From Bacillus subtilis subsp. subtilis str. 168 (GTDB lineage: Bacteria > Bacillota > Bacilli > Bacillales > Bacillaceae): DNA of 32,000 nt. Both the position numbers and the translations under genes were made by a program. Positions 20,140-28,249 of this stretch are shown here, one piece after another. The notes beneath the pieces were generated by a model, which was not told where the DNA came from, ran no database searches, and saw only the letters and a program-made list of their open reading frames with translations. Position 1 is the first letter of the stretch. Each line of letters opens with the position of its first letter. The DNA is taken from assembly GCF_000009045.1 (NCBI RefSeq), contig NC_000964.3:1650001-1682000 (forward strand), in the 5' to 3' direction.

Positions 20140-21129
20140 ATGAGCTTTTTTAAAAAATTAAAAGAGAAAATCACAAAACAGACAGATTCCGTATCTGAAA
20201 AGTTTAAGGATGGCCTTGAAAAAACAAGAAACTCCTTTCAAAACAAAGTGAATGATCTTGTATCCCGTTACCGTAAAGTGGATGAGGATTTCTTCGAAGA
20301 GCTTGAAGAGGTTCTTATCAGCGCGGATGTCGGTTTTACAACCGTTATGGAATTAATAGATGAGCTGAAAAAAGAAGTCAAACGCAGAAATATTCAAGAT
20401 CCAAAGGAAGTCCAGTCAGTGATTTCTGAGAAACTGGTCGAGATTTATAACAGCGGAGATGAGCAAATTTCAGAACTGAACATCCAGGATGGGCGTTTAA
20501 ACGTAATCCTTCTGGTAGGTGTAAACGGCGTCGGGAAAACAACAACGATCGGAAAGCTTGCTCATAAAATGAAACAAGAAGGAAAATCTGTTGTACTTGC
20601 CGCCGGAGACACTTTTAGAGCGGGAGCCATTGAACAGCTGGAAGTATGGGGAGAGCGTACAGGAGTGCCTGTCATTAAGCAGACGGCAGGAAGCGATCCG
20701 GCGGCTGTCATCTACGATGCTGTTCATGCTGCGAAAGCAAGAAATGCCGATGTATTAATTTGTGATACGGCAGGGCGTCTCCAAAACAAAGTAAATCTCA
20801 TGAAAGAGCTTGAAAAAGTAAAACGTGTTATCGAAAGAGAAGTTCCTGAAGCTCCGCATGAGGTGCTGCTTGCCCTTGATGCCACGACCGGCCAAAATGC
20901 AATGGCTCAGGCAAAAGAATTCTCTAAAGCAACAAATGTTACCGGCATTGCTTTAACGAAGCTTGACGGTACGGCAAAAGGCGGTATCGTCCTTGCGATT
21001 CGCAACGAGCTTCACATCCCGGTTAAACTAGTCGGTTTAGGAGAAAAAGTTGATGACCTTCAGGAATTTGATCCAGAATCCTATGTGTACGGACTCTTTT
21101 CAGATTTAGTGGAAAAAGCCGACGATTAA
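20140..21129 (+). CDS. ftsY: Signal recognition particle receptor FtsY
   Basis: 329 aa. The NG domain carries GVNGVGKTTTIGKLA, DTAGR and TKLDGTAKGG. Confidence 0.96.
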   Translation: MSFFKKLKEKITKQTDSVSEKFKDGLEKTRNSFQNKVNDLVSRYRKVDEDFFEELEEVLISADVGFTTVMELIDELKKEVKRRNIQDPKEVQSVISEKLVEIYNSGDEQISELNIQDGRLNVILLVGVNGVGKTTTIGKLAHKMKQEGKSVVLAAGDTFRAGAIEQLEVWGERTGVPVIKQTAGSDPAAVIYDAVHAAKARNADVLICDTAGRLQNKVNLMKELEKVKRVIEREVPEAPHEVLLALDATTGQNAMAQAKEFSKATNVTGIALTKLDGTAKGGIVLAIRNELHIPVKLVGLGEKVDDLQEFDPESYVYGLFSDLVEKADD

Positions 21130-21130
21130 G

Positions 21131-21168
21131 AAAAAGGCCCCAACATCTTGGGGCCTTTTTCTTTTTTA
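21131..21168. terminator. Bidirectional intrinsic terminator between convergent ftsY and ylqB
   Basis: A perfect 12-bp stem pairs AAAAAGGCCCCA (21131-21142) with TGGGGCCTTTTT (21149-21160). A and T runs flank both sides. Confidence 0.85.
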
Positions 21169-21651
21169 TCTTCTTACTTGATAGGCGAAATGATAAAGGC
21201 TGTTATCAGTGGATACCAGTCTTGACTCACCAGAAAAAACTCTGAATGGGATGATGTCATAGTAATGAACGGAAACAGATGTGTAATACGTATAGTAACC
21301 AGCAGCTGGCCCCAAATACATTGGAACCTCAAATGTTCCGTTTGCATCAGTCGTTCCTGAAGCAGTTTGTGTTGTGTTTCCGACCTTCGTGTCCGCTTCA
21401 AATCTTACGGGCGCGTTTGGCACTGGCTGTCCGTTTTGGTCGAGTAATTTGCCGCTTACTGTAATATTGTACTTGACTCGCCAATATTGACCTTGTCCGT
21501 AATTGATTTTACCGTATACCCCTCCATCTGTGCTGATATTTGTGATTGAGGCCTTATAAGGTGCCTCAGCAGCGTCTGCTTGCTGTGCCGGGAAACCTAT
21601 TGTAAACAGGGCTGCCAGACATAACATAAACAATAAACCGATTTTTTTCAT
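21166..21651 (-). CDS. ylqB: Small secreted protein of unknown function (signal peptide + beta-rich domain)
   Basis: I moved the start from 21684 to ATG 21651 (MKKIGLLFMLCLAALFTIGFPAQQADA|AE...), which is preceded by AAGGAGGA at 8-nt spacing. The product is 161 aa. It has a Sec-type signal peptide with an A-x-A site. The mature part is rich in G, T, Y, V and N. Confidence 0.85.
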   Translation of the reverse strand: MKKIGLLFMLCLAALFTIGFPAQQADAAEAPYKASITNISTDGGVYGKINYGQGQYWRVKYNITVSGKLLDQNGQPVPNAPVRFEADTKVGNTTQTASGTTDANGTFEVPMYLGPAAGYYTYYTSVSVHYYDIIPFRVFSGESRLVSTDNSLYHFAYQVRR

Positions 21652-21683
21652 AAAAATCCTCCTTAAAATAGGGTTCATATACA

Positions 21684-21710
21684 ATATCGGAATAAATTGG
21701 ATGATATTTA
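21684..21710 (-). promoter_or_regulatory. SigD-type promoter upstream of ylqB (TAAA-N15-tCCGATAT)
   Basis: The minus strand reads cgcTAAAtatcatccaatttatTCCGATATtgt. It matches the SigD consensus TAAA-N15-GCCGATAT at 11 of 12 positions with the exact spacer, about 33 nt upstream of the ATG. Confidence 0.55.
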
Positions 21711-21754
21711 GCGTATTTTGGAAAAGTTAATCGCCGCTTTGACAAGATAAAAAC

Positions 21755-21783
21755 TTGACAGTGTCATTAAAACCGTGTAAACT
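21755..21783 (+). promoter_or_regulatory. Candidate SigA promoter of ylxM-ffh (TTGACA-17-TAAACT)
   Basis: A consensus -35 TTGACA is at 21755-21760, followed by a 17-nt spacer and TAAACT at 21778-21783. A second TTGACA lies at 21739-21744. Confidence 0.5.
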
Positions 21784-21827
21784 AAGTTATCGTAAAGGGA
21801 TTTGACTTAACAAAGGGGAGAGCTCAA

Positions 21828-22160
21828 ATGTCACTCGAAAAGACAACGAGAATGAATTATCTGTTTGATTTTTATCAGTCGTTGTTGACGTCAAAACAGA
21901 AGAGCTATATGTCGCTTTATTATTTGGACGATTTCTCCCTAGGCGAAATAGCCGAAGAATATGAGGTTTCAAGACAAGCTGTTTATGATAACATCAAACG
22001 AACAGAAGCAATGCTTGAACAATATGAAGAAAAGCTGCTCCTTTTGAAAAAGTTTCAGGAGCGTAAAGAGATGTTTAATAAGCTGAAGGAGCTTGCTTCC
22101 GGTTCAAAAGAAGAGGAAGAAATTACAGCTCTGATTGAAGCGCTTGAGAAATTAGATTAG
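21828..22160 (+). CDS. ylxM: UPF0122-family small HTH protein (sigma-70 region-4-like) encoded upstream of ffh
   Basis: 110 aa with RBS AAAGGGGAG. An HTH-like segment is present: [22 protein letters not shown]. The position ahead of ffh is conserved. Confidence 0.9.
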   Translation: MSLEKTTRMNYLFDFYQSLLTSKQKSYMSLYYLDDFSLGEIAEEYEVSRQAVYDNIKRTEAMLEQYEEKLLLLKKFQERKEMFNKLKELASGSKEEEEITALIEALEKLD

Positions 22161-22173
22161 GAGGCGGCAAACT

Positions 22174-23514
22174 ATGGCATTTGAAGGATTAGCCGACCGA
22201 CTGCAGCAGACGATTTCTAAAATCCGCGGAAAAGGGAAAGTCAGCGAACAAGATGTAAAAGAGATGATGCGTGAGGTCCGTCTTGCGCTGCTTGAGGCTG
22301 ACGTTAACTTTAAAGTAGTCAAGGATTTTGTCAAAAAAGTAAGTGAACGCGCTGTAGGCCAAGACGTCATGAAAAGTCTGACGCCCGGCCAGCAGGTCAT
22401 TAAAGTTGTTCAAGAGGAACTGACTGAGCTGATGGGCGGCGAAGAGAGCAAAATCGCCGTCGCAAAAAGGCCGCCGACTGTTATTATGATGGTCGGTCTC
22501 CAAGGTGCCGGTAAAACGACAACAAGCGGTAAGCTTGCGAATCTGCTGCGCAAAAAGCATAATCGCAAACCGATGCTGGTTGCTGCCGATATTTACCGCC
22601 CAGCCGCAATTAAGCAGCTGGAAACACTCGGCAAACAGCTTGATATGCCTGTTTTCTCTCTTGGCGATCAGGTCAGTCCTGTAGAAATAGCTAAACAGGC
22701 TATTGAGAAAGCCAAGGAAGAACATTATGACTACGTCATTTTGGATACGGCAGGGCGCTTGCATATCGACCATGAACTGATGGATGAACTGACCAACGTC
22801 AAAGAAATCGCGAATCCGGAAGAAATTTTCCTGGTTGTCGATTCAATGACCGGTCAGGACGCTGTGAATGTTGCCAAAAGCTTTAATGAACAGCTCGGTT
22901 TAACCGGTGTTGTGTTGACTAAGCTGGATGGAGACACACGCGGCGGGGCTGCGCTTTCTATTCGCGCTGTCACAAACACGCCAATTAAGTTTGCAGGTTT
23001 GGGCGAAAAGCTTGATGCGTTAGAGCCGTTCCATCCTGAACGCATGGCATCAAGGATTCTCGGCATGGGCGACGTGCTGACATTGATTGAAAAAGCACAG
23101 GCCAGCGTTGATGAAGACAAAGCCAAAGAGCTGGAACAAAAAATGAGAACGATGAGCTTCACATTGGACGATTTTCTGGAGCAGCTCGGGCAAGTCAGAA
23201 ACATGGGGCCGCTTGATGAGCTTCTGCAAATGATGCCGGGTGCAGGTAAAATGAAGGGCCTGAAAAACATCCAAGTTGATGAAAAACAGCTGAATCATGT
23301 GGAAGCAATCATCAAATCAATGACTGTTCTTGAAAAAGAACAGCCGGATATTATCAATGCCAGCCGGCGGAAGCGGATTGCAAAAGGAAGCGGGACATCC
23401 GTACAGGAAGTCAACCGTCTGCTTAAGCAGTTTGATGAAATGAAAAAAATGATGAAGCAGATGACAAACATGTCAAAAGGCAAGAAAAAAGGGTTTAAGC
23501 TACCTTTTATGTAA
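22174..23514 (+). CDS. ffh: Signal recognition particle protein Ffh
   Basis: 446 aa with RBS TAGGAGG. The NG domain carries GLQGAGKTTTSGKLA, DTAGRL and TKLDGD. The M domain is Met-rich (MKKMMKQMTNM). Confidence 0.97.
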   Translation: MAFEGLADRLQQTISKIRGKGKVSEQDVKEMMREVRLALLEADVNFKVVKDFVKKVSERAVGQDVMKSLTPGQQVIKVVQEELTELMGGEESKIAVAKRPPTVIMMVGLQGAGKTTTSGKLANLLRKKHNRKPMLVAADIYRPAAIKQLETLGKQLDMPVFSLGDQVSPVEIAKQAIEKAKEEHYDYVILDTAGRLHIDHELMDELTNVKEIANPEEIFLVVDSMTGQDAVNVAKSFNEQLGLTGVVLTKLDGDTRGGAALSIRAVTNTPIKFAGLGEKLDALEPFHPERMASRILGMGDVLTLIEKAQASVDEDKAKELEQKMRTMSFTLDDFLEQLGQVRNMGPLDELLQMMPGAGKMKGLKNIQVDEKQLNHVEAIIKSMTVLEKEQPDIINASRRKRIAKGSGTSVQEVNRLLKQFDEMKKMMKQMTNMSKGKKKGFKLPFM

Positions 23515-23553
23515 TCGGTTATACATGATAAAACCGTTGTTAAGAAAAAACAC

Positions 23554-23582
23554 TTTACAAACACTTTTATCATTGTTAATAT
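23554..23582 (+). promoter_or_regulatory. Candidate SigA promoter of the rpsP operon (TTTACA-17-TGtTAATAT, extended -10)
   Basis: The -35 TTTACA is at 23554-23559, TG at 23574-23575, and the -10 TAATAT at 23577-23582. Confidence 0.55.
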
Positions 23583-23595
23583 ACTATCTTGTTGA

Positions 23596-23891
<296 letters not shown>

Positions 23892-23892
<1 letters not shown>

Positions 23893-24137
23893 TGACTGAT
23901 CAACACTTGGAAGATTTGATTGTCCACATTGTGACGCCGCTTGTTGATCATCCAGATGACATTCGCGTCATAAGAGAAGAAACCGATCAAAAGATTGCGC
24001 TGCGCTTATCTGTCCATAAGTCAGATACCGGTAAAGTTATCGGAAAGCAAGGCCGGACTGCAAAAGCGATTCGAACAGCTGTATTTGCAGCTGGCGTACA
24101 GTCTTCTAAGAAAGTTCAATTTGAAATATTTGACTAA
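23892..24137 (+). CDS. ylqC: KH-domain RNA-binding protein (KhpA/UPF0109 family)
   Basis: 81 aa. The start overlaps the rpsP stop (TAATG). The KH core is VIGKQGRTAKAIRTAV. Confidence 0.9.
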
Positions 24138-24168
24138 AAGGGAGAGGGCCGGCACCTCCCCTTTTTTT
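24137..24168 (+). terminator. Candidate partial intrinsic terminator (attenuation point) after ylqC
   Basis: The stem pairs AAGGG(A)GAGG with CCTCCCCTT, with one bulged A and loop GCCGGCA. It is followed by T7 at 24162-24168. Confidence 0.5.
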
Positions 24169-24258
24169 ACACGCAAAAAAAGGGTAAACTGATAGAAGCT
24201 TAGGCAAAATAGAAAAGCCTGGACGAGTAAAAGTTTTAAAAGCGGGGAGCTTGGTGCG

Positions 24259-24645
24259 ATGCAAATTATTCACCGTGTAGCCGTTATGCAAGTCTTAACC
24301 GAGCGCAGTAAAGAAAAGCTTTTAGCTTCTTTTGCTGAGAAGAAACAAATGCTTGAACGAGAATGCAGCCAGCTCTATTTTCAGCTTAGAAAACATGAGA
24401 AAGAACAGCAAAACCCTAATATGATTGAACAATTTAAAAAGGCAATAGAAAAGCGAAAAGATGATATAAAAATCATTGATTTTCAAATTGCTCAAGTACA
24501 TACATTGCCGCTTGGCAGTGAGTTGAAAGAAAAGGAAGTCGATGCGCTGCTGACGATTGAAGCCGGGGATGACTGGCATGAGAAAACAGCAGCGAACACC
24601 ATCGTCATAAAAGACGGAAAAGTAATTGAAATTCGCCAGAGGTGA
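24259..24645 (+). CDS. ylqD: Conserved protein of unknown function (YlqD family), predicted helical/coiled-coil N-terminal half
   Basis: 128 aa. GGGGAG lies 9 nt upstream of the ATG. The stop TGA (24643-24645) lies inside the rimM SD (GAGGTGA). Confidence 0.8.
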   Translation: MQIIHRVAVMQVLTERSKEKLLASFAEKKQMLERECSQLYFQLRKHEKEQQNPNMIEQFKKAIEKRKDDIKIIDFQIAQVHTLPLGSELKEKEVDALLTIEAGDDWHEKTAANTIVIKDGKVIEIRQR

Positions 24646-24649
24646 TCAT

Positions 24650-25174
24650 ATGACAAAGCGATGGTTTAATGTAGGCAAAATCGTAAATACCCACGGAATC
24701 AAAGGCGAAGTGCGGGTGATTTCAAAAACAGATTTTGCCGAAGAACGATACAAGCCGGGAAACACGCTGTATTTGTTTATGGACGGCCGTAACGAACCAG
24801 TGGAGGTAACGGTAAACACACATAGACTGCATAAGCAATTTCATCTCCTGCAGTTTAAAGAAAGACAAAACCTAAATGAAGTAGAAGAGCTGAAAAACGC
24901 AATCATTAAAGTTCCTGAAGAAGAATTAGGAGAGCTGAATGAGGGTGAATTTTATTTCCACGAAATTATTGGGTGTGAAGTATTTACTGAAGAAGGCGAA
25001 CTCATCGGAAAGGTCAAAGAAATTTTGACGCCTGGAGCCAATGACGTTTGGGTCATCGGACGAAAAGGAAAAAAAGACGCACTCATTCCTTACATTGAAT
25101 CAGTGGTTAAACATATCGATGTCAGGGAAAAGAAAATTGAGATTGAACTCATGGAAGGGTTAATAGACGAATGA
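24650..25174 (+). CDS. rimM: 16S rRNA processing protein RimM
   Basis: I moved the start from 24626 to ATG 24650 ([23 protein letters not shown]...), which follows AGAGGTGA. The product is 174 aa with a PRC-barrel C-terminus. Confidence 0.93.
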   Translation: MTKRWFNVGKIVNTHGIKGEVRVISKTDFAEERYKPGNTLYLFMDGRNEPVEVTVNTHRLHKQFHLLQFKERQNLNEVEELKNAIIKVPEEELGELNEGEFYFHEIIGCEVFTEEGELIGKVKEILTPGANDVWVIGRKGKKDALIPYIESVVKHIDVREKKIEIELMEGLIDE

Positions 25175-25902
25175 AAATCGATTTTTTGACGCTGTTTCCC
25201 GAAATGTTTGAAGGCGTGCTCGGCTCATCGATTCTTCAAAAAGCCCAGGAAAAAGATGCGGTGCAGTTTCAAGTCGTAAATTTCCGAGAGTACTCTGATA
25301 ACAAGCACAATACTGTTGATGATTATCCTTATGGCGGCGGGGCAGGCATGGTTCTCAAGCCCCAGCCTGTTTTTGACGCGGTCGAGGACCTGACATCAAA
25401 GGCAGCCGCTGCTCCGCGTATTATCCTCGTATGCCCGCAAGGTGAGCGTTTTACCCAAAAAAAAGCCGAACAATTAGCTAAGGAAGAGCATTTGCTGTTC
25501 ATTTGCGGCCACTATGAAGGCTATGATGAACGCATTCGCGAGCACTTGGTAACGGATGAAATATCAATTGGCGACTTTGTTCTGACGGGCGGTGAGCTCC
25601 CTGCAATGATGATCGCAGACAGTGTGGTCAGACTGCTTCCGGGTGTACTGGGTAAAGAGGCTTCCCATATTGAGGATTCCTTCAGCACCGGACTTTTAGA
25701 GCACCCGCATTATACAAGACCGGCAGATTACAAAGGTTTAAAAGTGCCTGAAACACTCTTGTCAGGAAACCATGCAAAAATTGAAGAATGGCGGAATAAA
25801 GAATCGATCAGAAGGACCTACCTAAGACGTCCGGATCTGTTGAAAGACCACCCGCTTACAGAGCAGCAAAGAAAGTGGATTTCTGAATGGGAAAAAGAAT
25901 AG
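25171..25902 (+). CDS. trmD: tRNA (guanine37-N1)-methyltransferase TrmD
   Basis: 243 aa with an ATGA overlap on the rimM stop. Motifs are [17 protein letters not shown] and [14 protein letters not shown]. Confidence 0.96.
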   Translation: MKIDFLTLFPEMFEGVLGSSILQKAQEKDAVQFQVVNFREYSDNKHNTVDDYPYGGGAGMVLKPQPVFDAVEDLTSKAAAAPRIILVCPQGERFTQKKAEQLAKEEHLLFICGHYEGYDERIREHLVTDEISIGDFVLTGGELPAMMIADSVVRLLPGVLGKEASHIEDSFSTGLLEHPHYTRPADYKGLKVPETLLSGNHAKIEEWRNKESIRRTYLRRPDLLKDHPLTEQQRKWISEWEKE

Positions 25903-25908
25903 ATTTTA

Positions 25909-25937
25909 TTGCATAGGCTATGAAATTGTGATAAGAT
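25909..25937 (+). promoter_or_regulatory. Candidate SigA promoter of rplS (TTGCAT-17-TGaTAAGAT, extended -10)
   Basis: The -35 TTGCAT is at 25909-25914, TG at 25929-25930, and the -10 TAAGAT at 25932-25937. It begins 7 nt after the trmD stop. Confidence 0.55.
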
Positions 25938-25942
25938 ACTAC

Positions 25943-26389
<447 letters not shown>

Positions 26390-26401
26390 TGATAACGAAC
26401 G

Positions 26402-26437
26402 AAAAGAGCTTGTTACCTGTAACAAGCTCTTTTTTTA
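26402..26437 (+). terminator. Strong intrinsic terminator after rplS
   Basis: AAAAGAGCTTGTTAC (26402-26416) pairs with GTAACAAGCTCTTTT (26419-26433), followed by a T-run to 26436. Confidence 0.85.
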
Positions 26438-26445
26438 TACAGAAT

Positions 26446-26474
26446 TTGAAAATGCCGGACAGGCATCGTAAAAT
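26446..26474 (+). promoter_or_regulatory. Candidate SigA promoter of rbgA (TTGAAA-17-TAAAAT)
   Basis: The -35 TTGAAA is at 26446-26451 and the -10 TAAAAT at 26469-26474, with a 17-nt spacer. Confidence 0.4.
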
Positions 26475-26531
26475 ACATAAAGGACAACAATGAATCATGC
26501 ATACTGAAGATAAAGGCGGTGTTCGTGTCAC

Positions 26532-27380
26532 ATGACAATTCAATGGTTCCCGGGCCATATGGCAAAAGCAAGAAGGGAAGTAACCGAAAAATTAAAATTA
26601 ATCGATATCGTATATGAATTGGTAGATGCCAGAATTCCAATGTCATCAAGAAACCCAATGATTGAAGATATTCTAAAAAACAAGCCGCGAATTATGCTGT
26701 TAAACAAGGCTGACAAAGCAGATGCGGCAGTTACACAGCAGTGGAAAGAGCACTTTGAGAACCAGGGGATCCGCTCTCTGTCTATTAATTCTGTAAATGG
26801 ACAAGGGTTAAATCAAATTGTGCCTGCATCAAAAGAGATCCTCCAAGAAAAATTTGACCGGATGCGTGCGAAAGGTGTGAAGCCGAGAGCGATTCGCGCT
26901 TTGATTATCGGCATTCCAAACGTCGGAAAATCAACGCTCATCAACCGGCTTGCAAAGAAAAACATAGCAAAAACGGGAGACAGACCTGGTATTACGACTT
27001 CTCAACAGTGGGTCAAAGTTGGGAAAGAATTAGAGCTATTAGATACACCGGGAATTTTGTGGCCTAAATTTGAGGATGAGCTTGTCGGTTTGAGACTGGC
27101 AGTCACCGGGGCTATTAAAGACTCGATTATCAATTTGCAGGACGTGGCCGTGTTTGGTCTTCGTTTTCTCGAAGAACATTACCCAGAACGGCTTAAAGAG
27201 CGTTATGGCCTTGATGAGATCCCAGAGGACATTGCCGAGCTGTTTGATGCAATAGGTGAAAAGCGGGGCTGTCTCATGAGCGGTGGGCTCATCAACTACG
27301 ATAAGACGACTGAAGTCATCATTCGCGATATTCGCACTGAAAAGTTCGGCAGGCTGTCATTTGAACAGCCGACGATGTAA
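26532..27380 (+). CDS. rbgA: Circularly permuted ribosome large-subunit biogenesis GTPase RbgA (YlqF)
   Basis: 282 aa beginning [13 protein letters not shown]. The G motifs are in permuted order: G4 NKADK, G1 [10 protein letters not shown]3 DTPG. Confidence 0.95.
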
Positions 27381-27411
27381 AGGCGCGCAGAAATGCGGGT
27401 CTTTATTTTTT
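27379..27411 (+). terminator. Candidate imperfect terminator after rbgA
   Basis: AAAGGCGCGCA pairs with TGCGGGTCTTT around a GAAA loop, with one G-G mismatch and one G-U pair. TTTATTTTTT follows. Confidence 0.45.
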
Positions 27412-27450
27412 CTTGGCTGAACCGATACATACAGTAAGGGAGAAGAGAAA

Positions 27451-28218
27451 GTGAATACATTAACCGTAAAGGACATTAAAGACCGTTTGCAGGAAGTGAA
27501 GGATGCACAAGACCCATTTATTGCCCAATGCGAAAACGACCCGAGAAAAAGCGTTCAAACGCTTGTAGAGCAATGGCTTAAAAAGCAAGCGAAAGAAAAA
27601 GCGCTGAAAGAACAATGGGTGAATATGACTTCCTATGAAAGGCTGGCAAGAAACAAAGGATTTCGCTTGATTGCAGGTGTTGACGAGGTCGGCCGGGGGC
27701 CATTGGCAGGACCAGTTGTCGCCAGCGCAGTCATCCTTCCAGAGGAATGTGAAATACTTGGGCTGACAGACTCCAAAAAGCTTTCAGAGAAAAAACGCGA
27801 GGAATATTACGAGCTTATTATGAAGGAAGCACTGGCGGTCGGGATAGGAATTGTAGAAGCTACTGTGATTGATGAGATCAATATATATGAAGCTTCAAAA
27901 ATGGCAATGGTGAAAGCGATACAGGATTTGTCGGATACACCTGATTATTTGCTTGTTGACGCAATGACACTTCCGCTCGACACGGCTCAGGCGTCAATTA
28001 TAAAAGGCGATGCCAAAAGCGTGTCTATTGCGGCAGGTGCGTGTATCGCAAAAGTGACGAGGGACCGAATGATGAGCGCTTATGCCGAAACGTATCCCAT
28101 GTACGGCTTTGAAAAAAATAAAGGCTATGGGACAAAAGAACATTTGGAAGCTCTCGCTGCATACGGCCCAACTGAATTGCACCGCAAAACTTTCGCTCCT
28201 GTTCAATCTTTCAGATAA
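27451..28218 (+). CDS. rnhB: Ribonuclease HII
   Basis: 255 aa with a GTG start that follows AAGGGAGAAG. The catalytic motif DEVGRGPLAGPVV is present, together with DSKKLS. Confidence 0.95.
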   Translation: MNTLTVKDIKDRLQEVKDAQDPFIAQCENDPRKSVQTLVEQWLKKQAKEKALKEQWVNMTSYERLARNKGFRLIAGVDEVGRGPLAGPVVASAVILPEECEILGLTDSKKLSEKKREEYYELIMKEALAVGIGIVEATVIDEINIYEASKMAMVKAIQDLSDTPDYLLVDAMTLPLDTAQASIIKGDAKSVSIAAGACIAKVTRDRMMSAYAETYPMYGFEKNKGYGTKEHLEALAAYGPTELHRKTFAPVQSFR

Positions 28219-28249
28219 ATCACCATGGACAAGGAGGCACCTTTTTAAA

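Noticed and set aside
21131-21830. I considered that ylqB, and separately ylqG-ylqH, might be a horizontally acquired islet, because of the opposite strand and unknown function.
   Set aside because: There are no flanking direct repeats, no integrase or transposase, and no tRNA. By eye there is no conspicuous change in base composition. The neighbouring genes are contiguous core genes.
22189-22773. Long antisense ORFs: the 194-aa ORF opposite ffh, and similar ones at 6510-7010, 10655-11104, 12528-12986, 13896-14297, 18818-19204, 22854-23270 and 1990-2397.
   Set aside because: All lie entirely inside, and opposite to, confidently identified conserved genes. They have no SD or promoter context. 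Their products are low-complexity (S-, A- and F-rich), as expected from reading GAA/AAA/GCN-rich codons backwards. They are shadow ORFs.
28082-28249. 5' extensions proposed by the ORF track: ylqG from 28082, and likewise thiN 4709, sdaAA 8894, fapR 11946, plsX 12475, fabG 14450, rnc 15692, ylqB 21684, rimM 24626, rplS 25994 and sucC 30380.
   Set aside because: Each extension overlaps the preceding gene, a terminator or an operator, and lacks an SD. In every case an internal Met with a well-spaced GGAGG-type SD gives the canonical family N-terminus.
28081-28249. I searched the 3' end of rnhB for a SigD- or SigA-type promoter that would give the flagellar-like ylqG-ylqH pair its own regulation.
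   Set aside because: The only candidate is a poor GCCGAAAC element (6/8 to GCCGATAT) with no TAAA at the right distance. No TTGACA/TATAAT pair has acceptable spacing.
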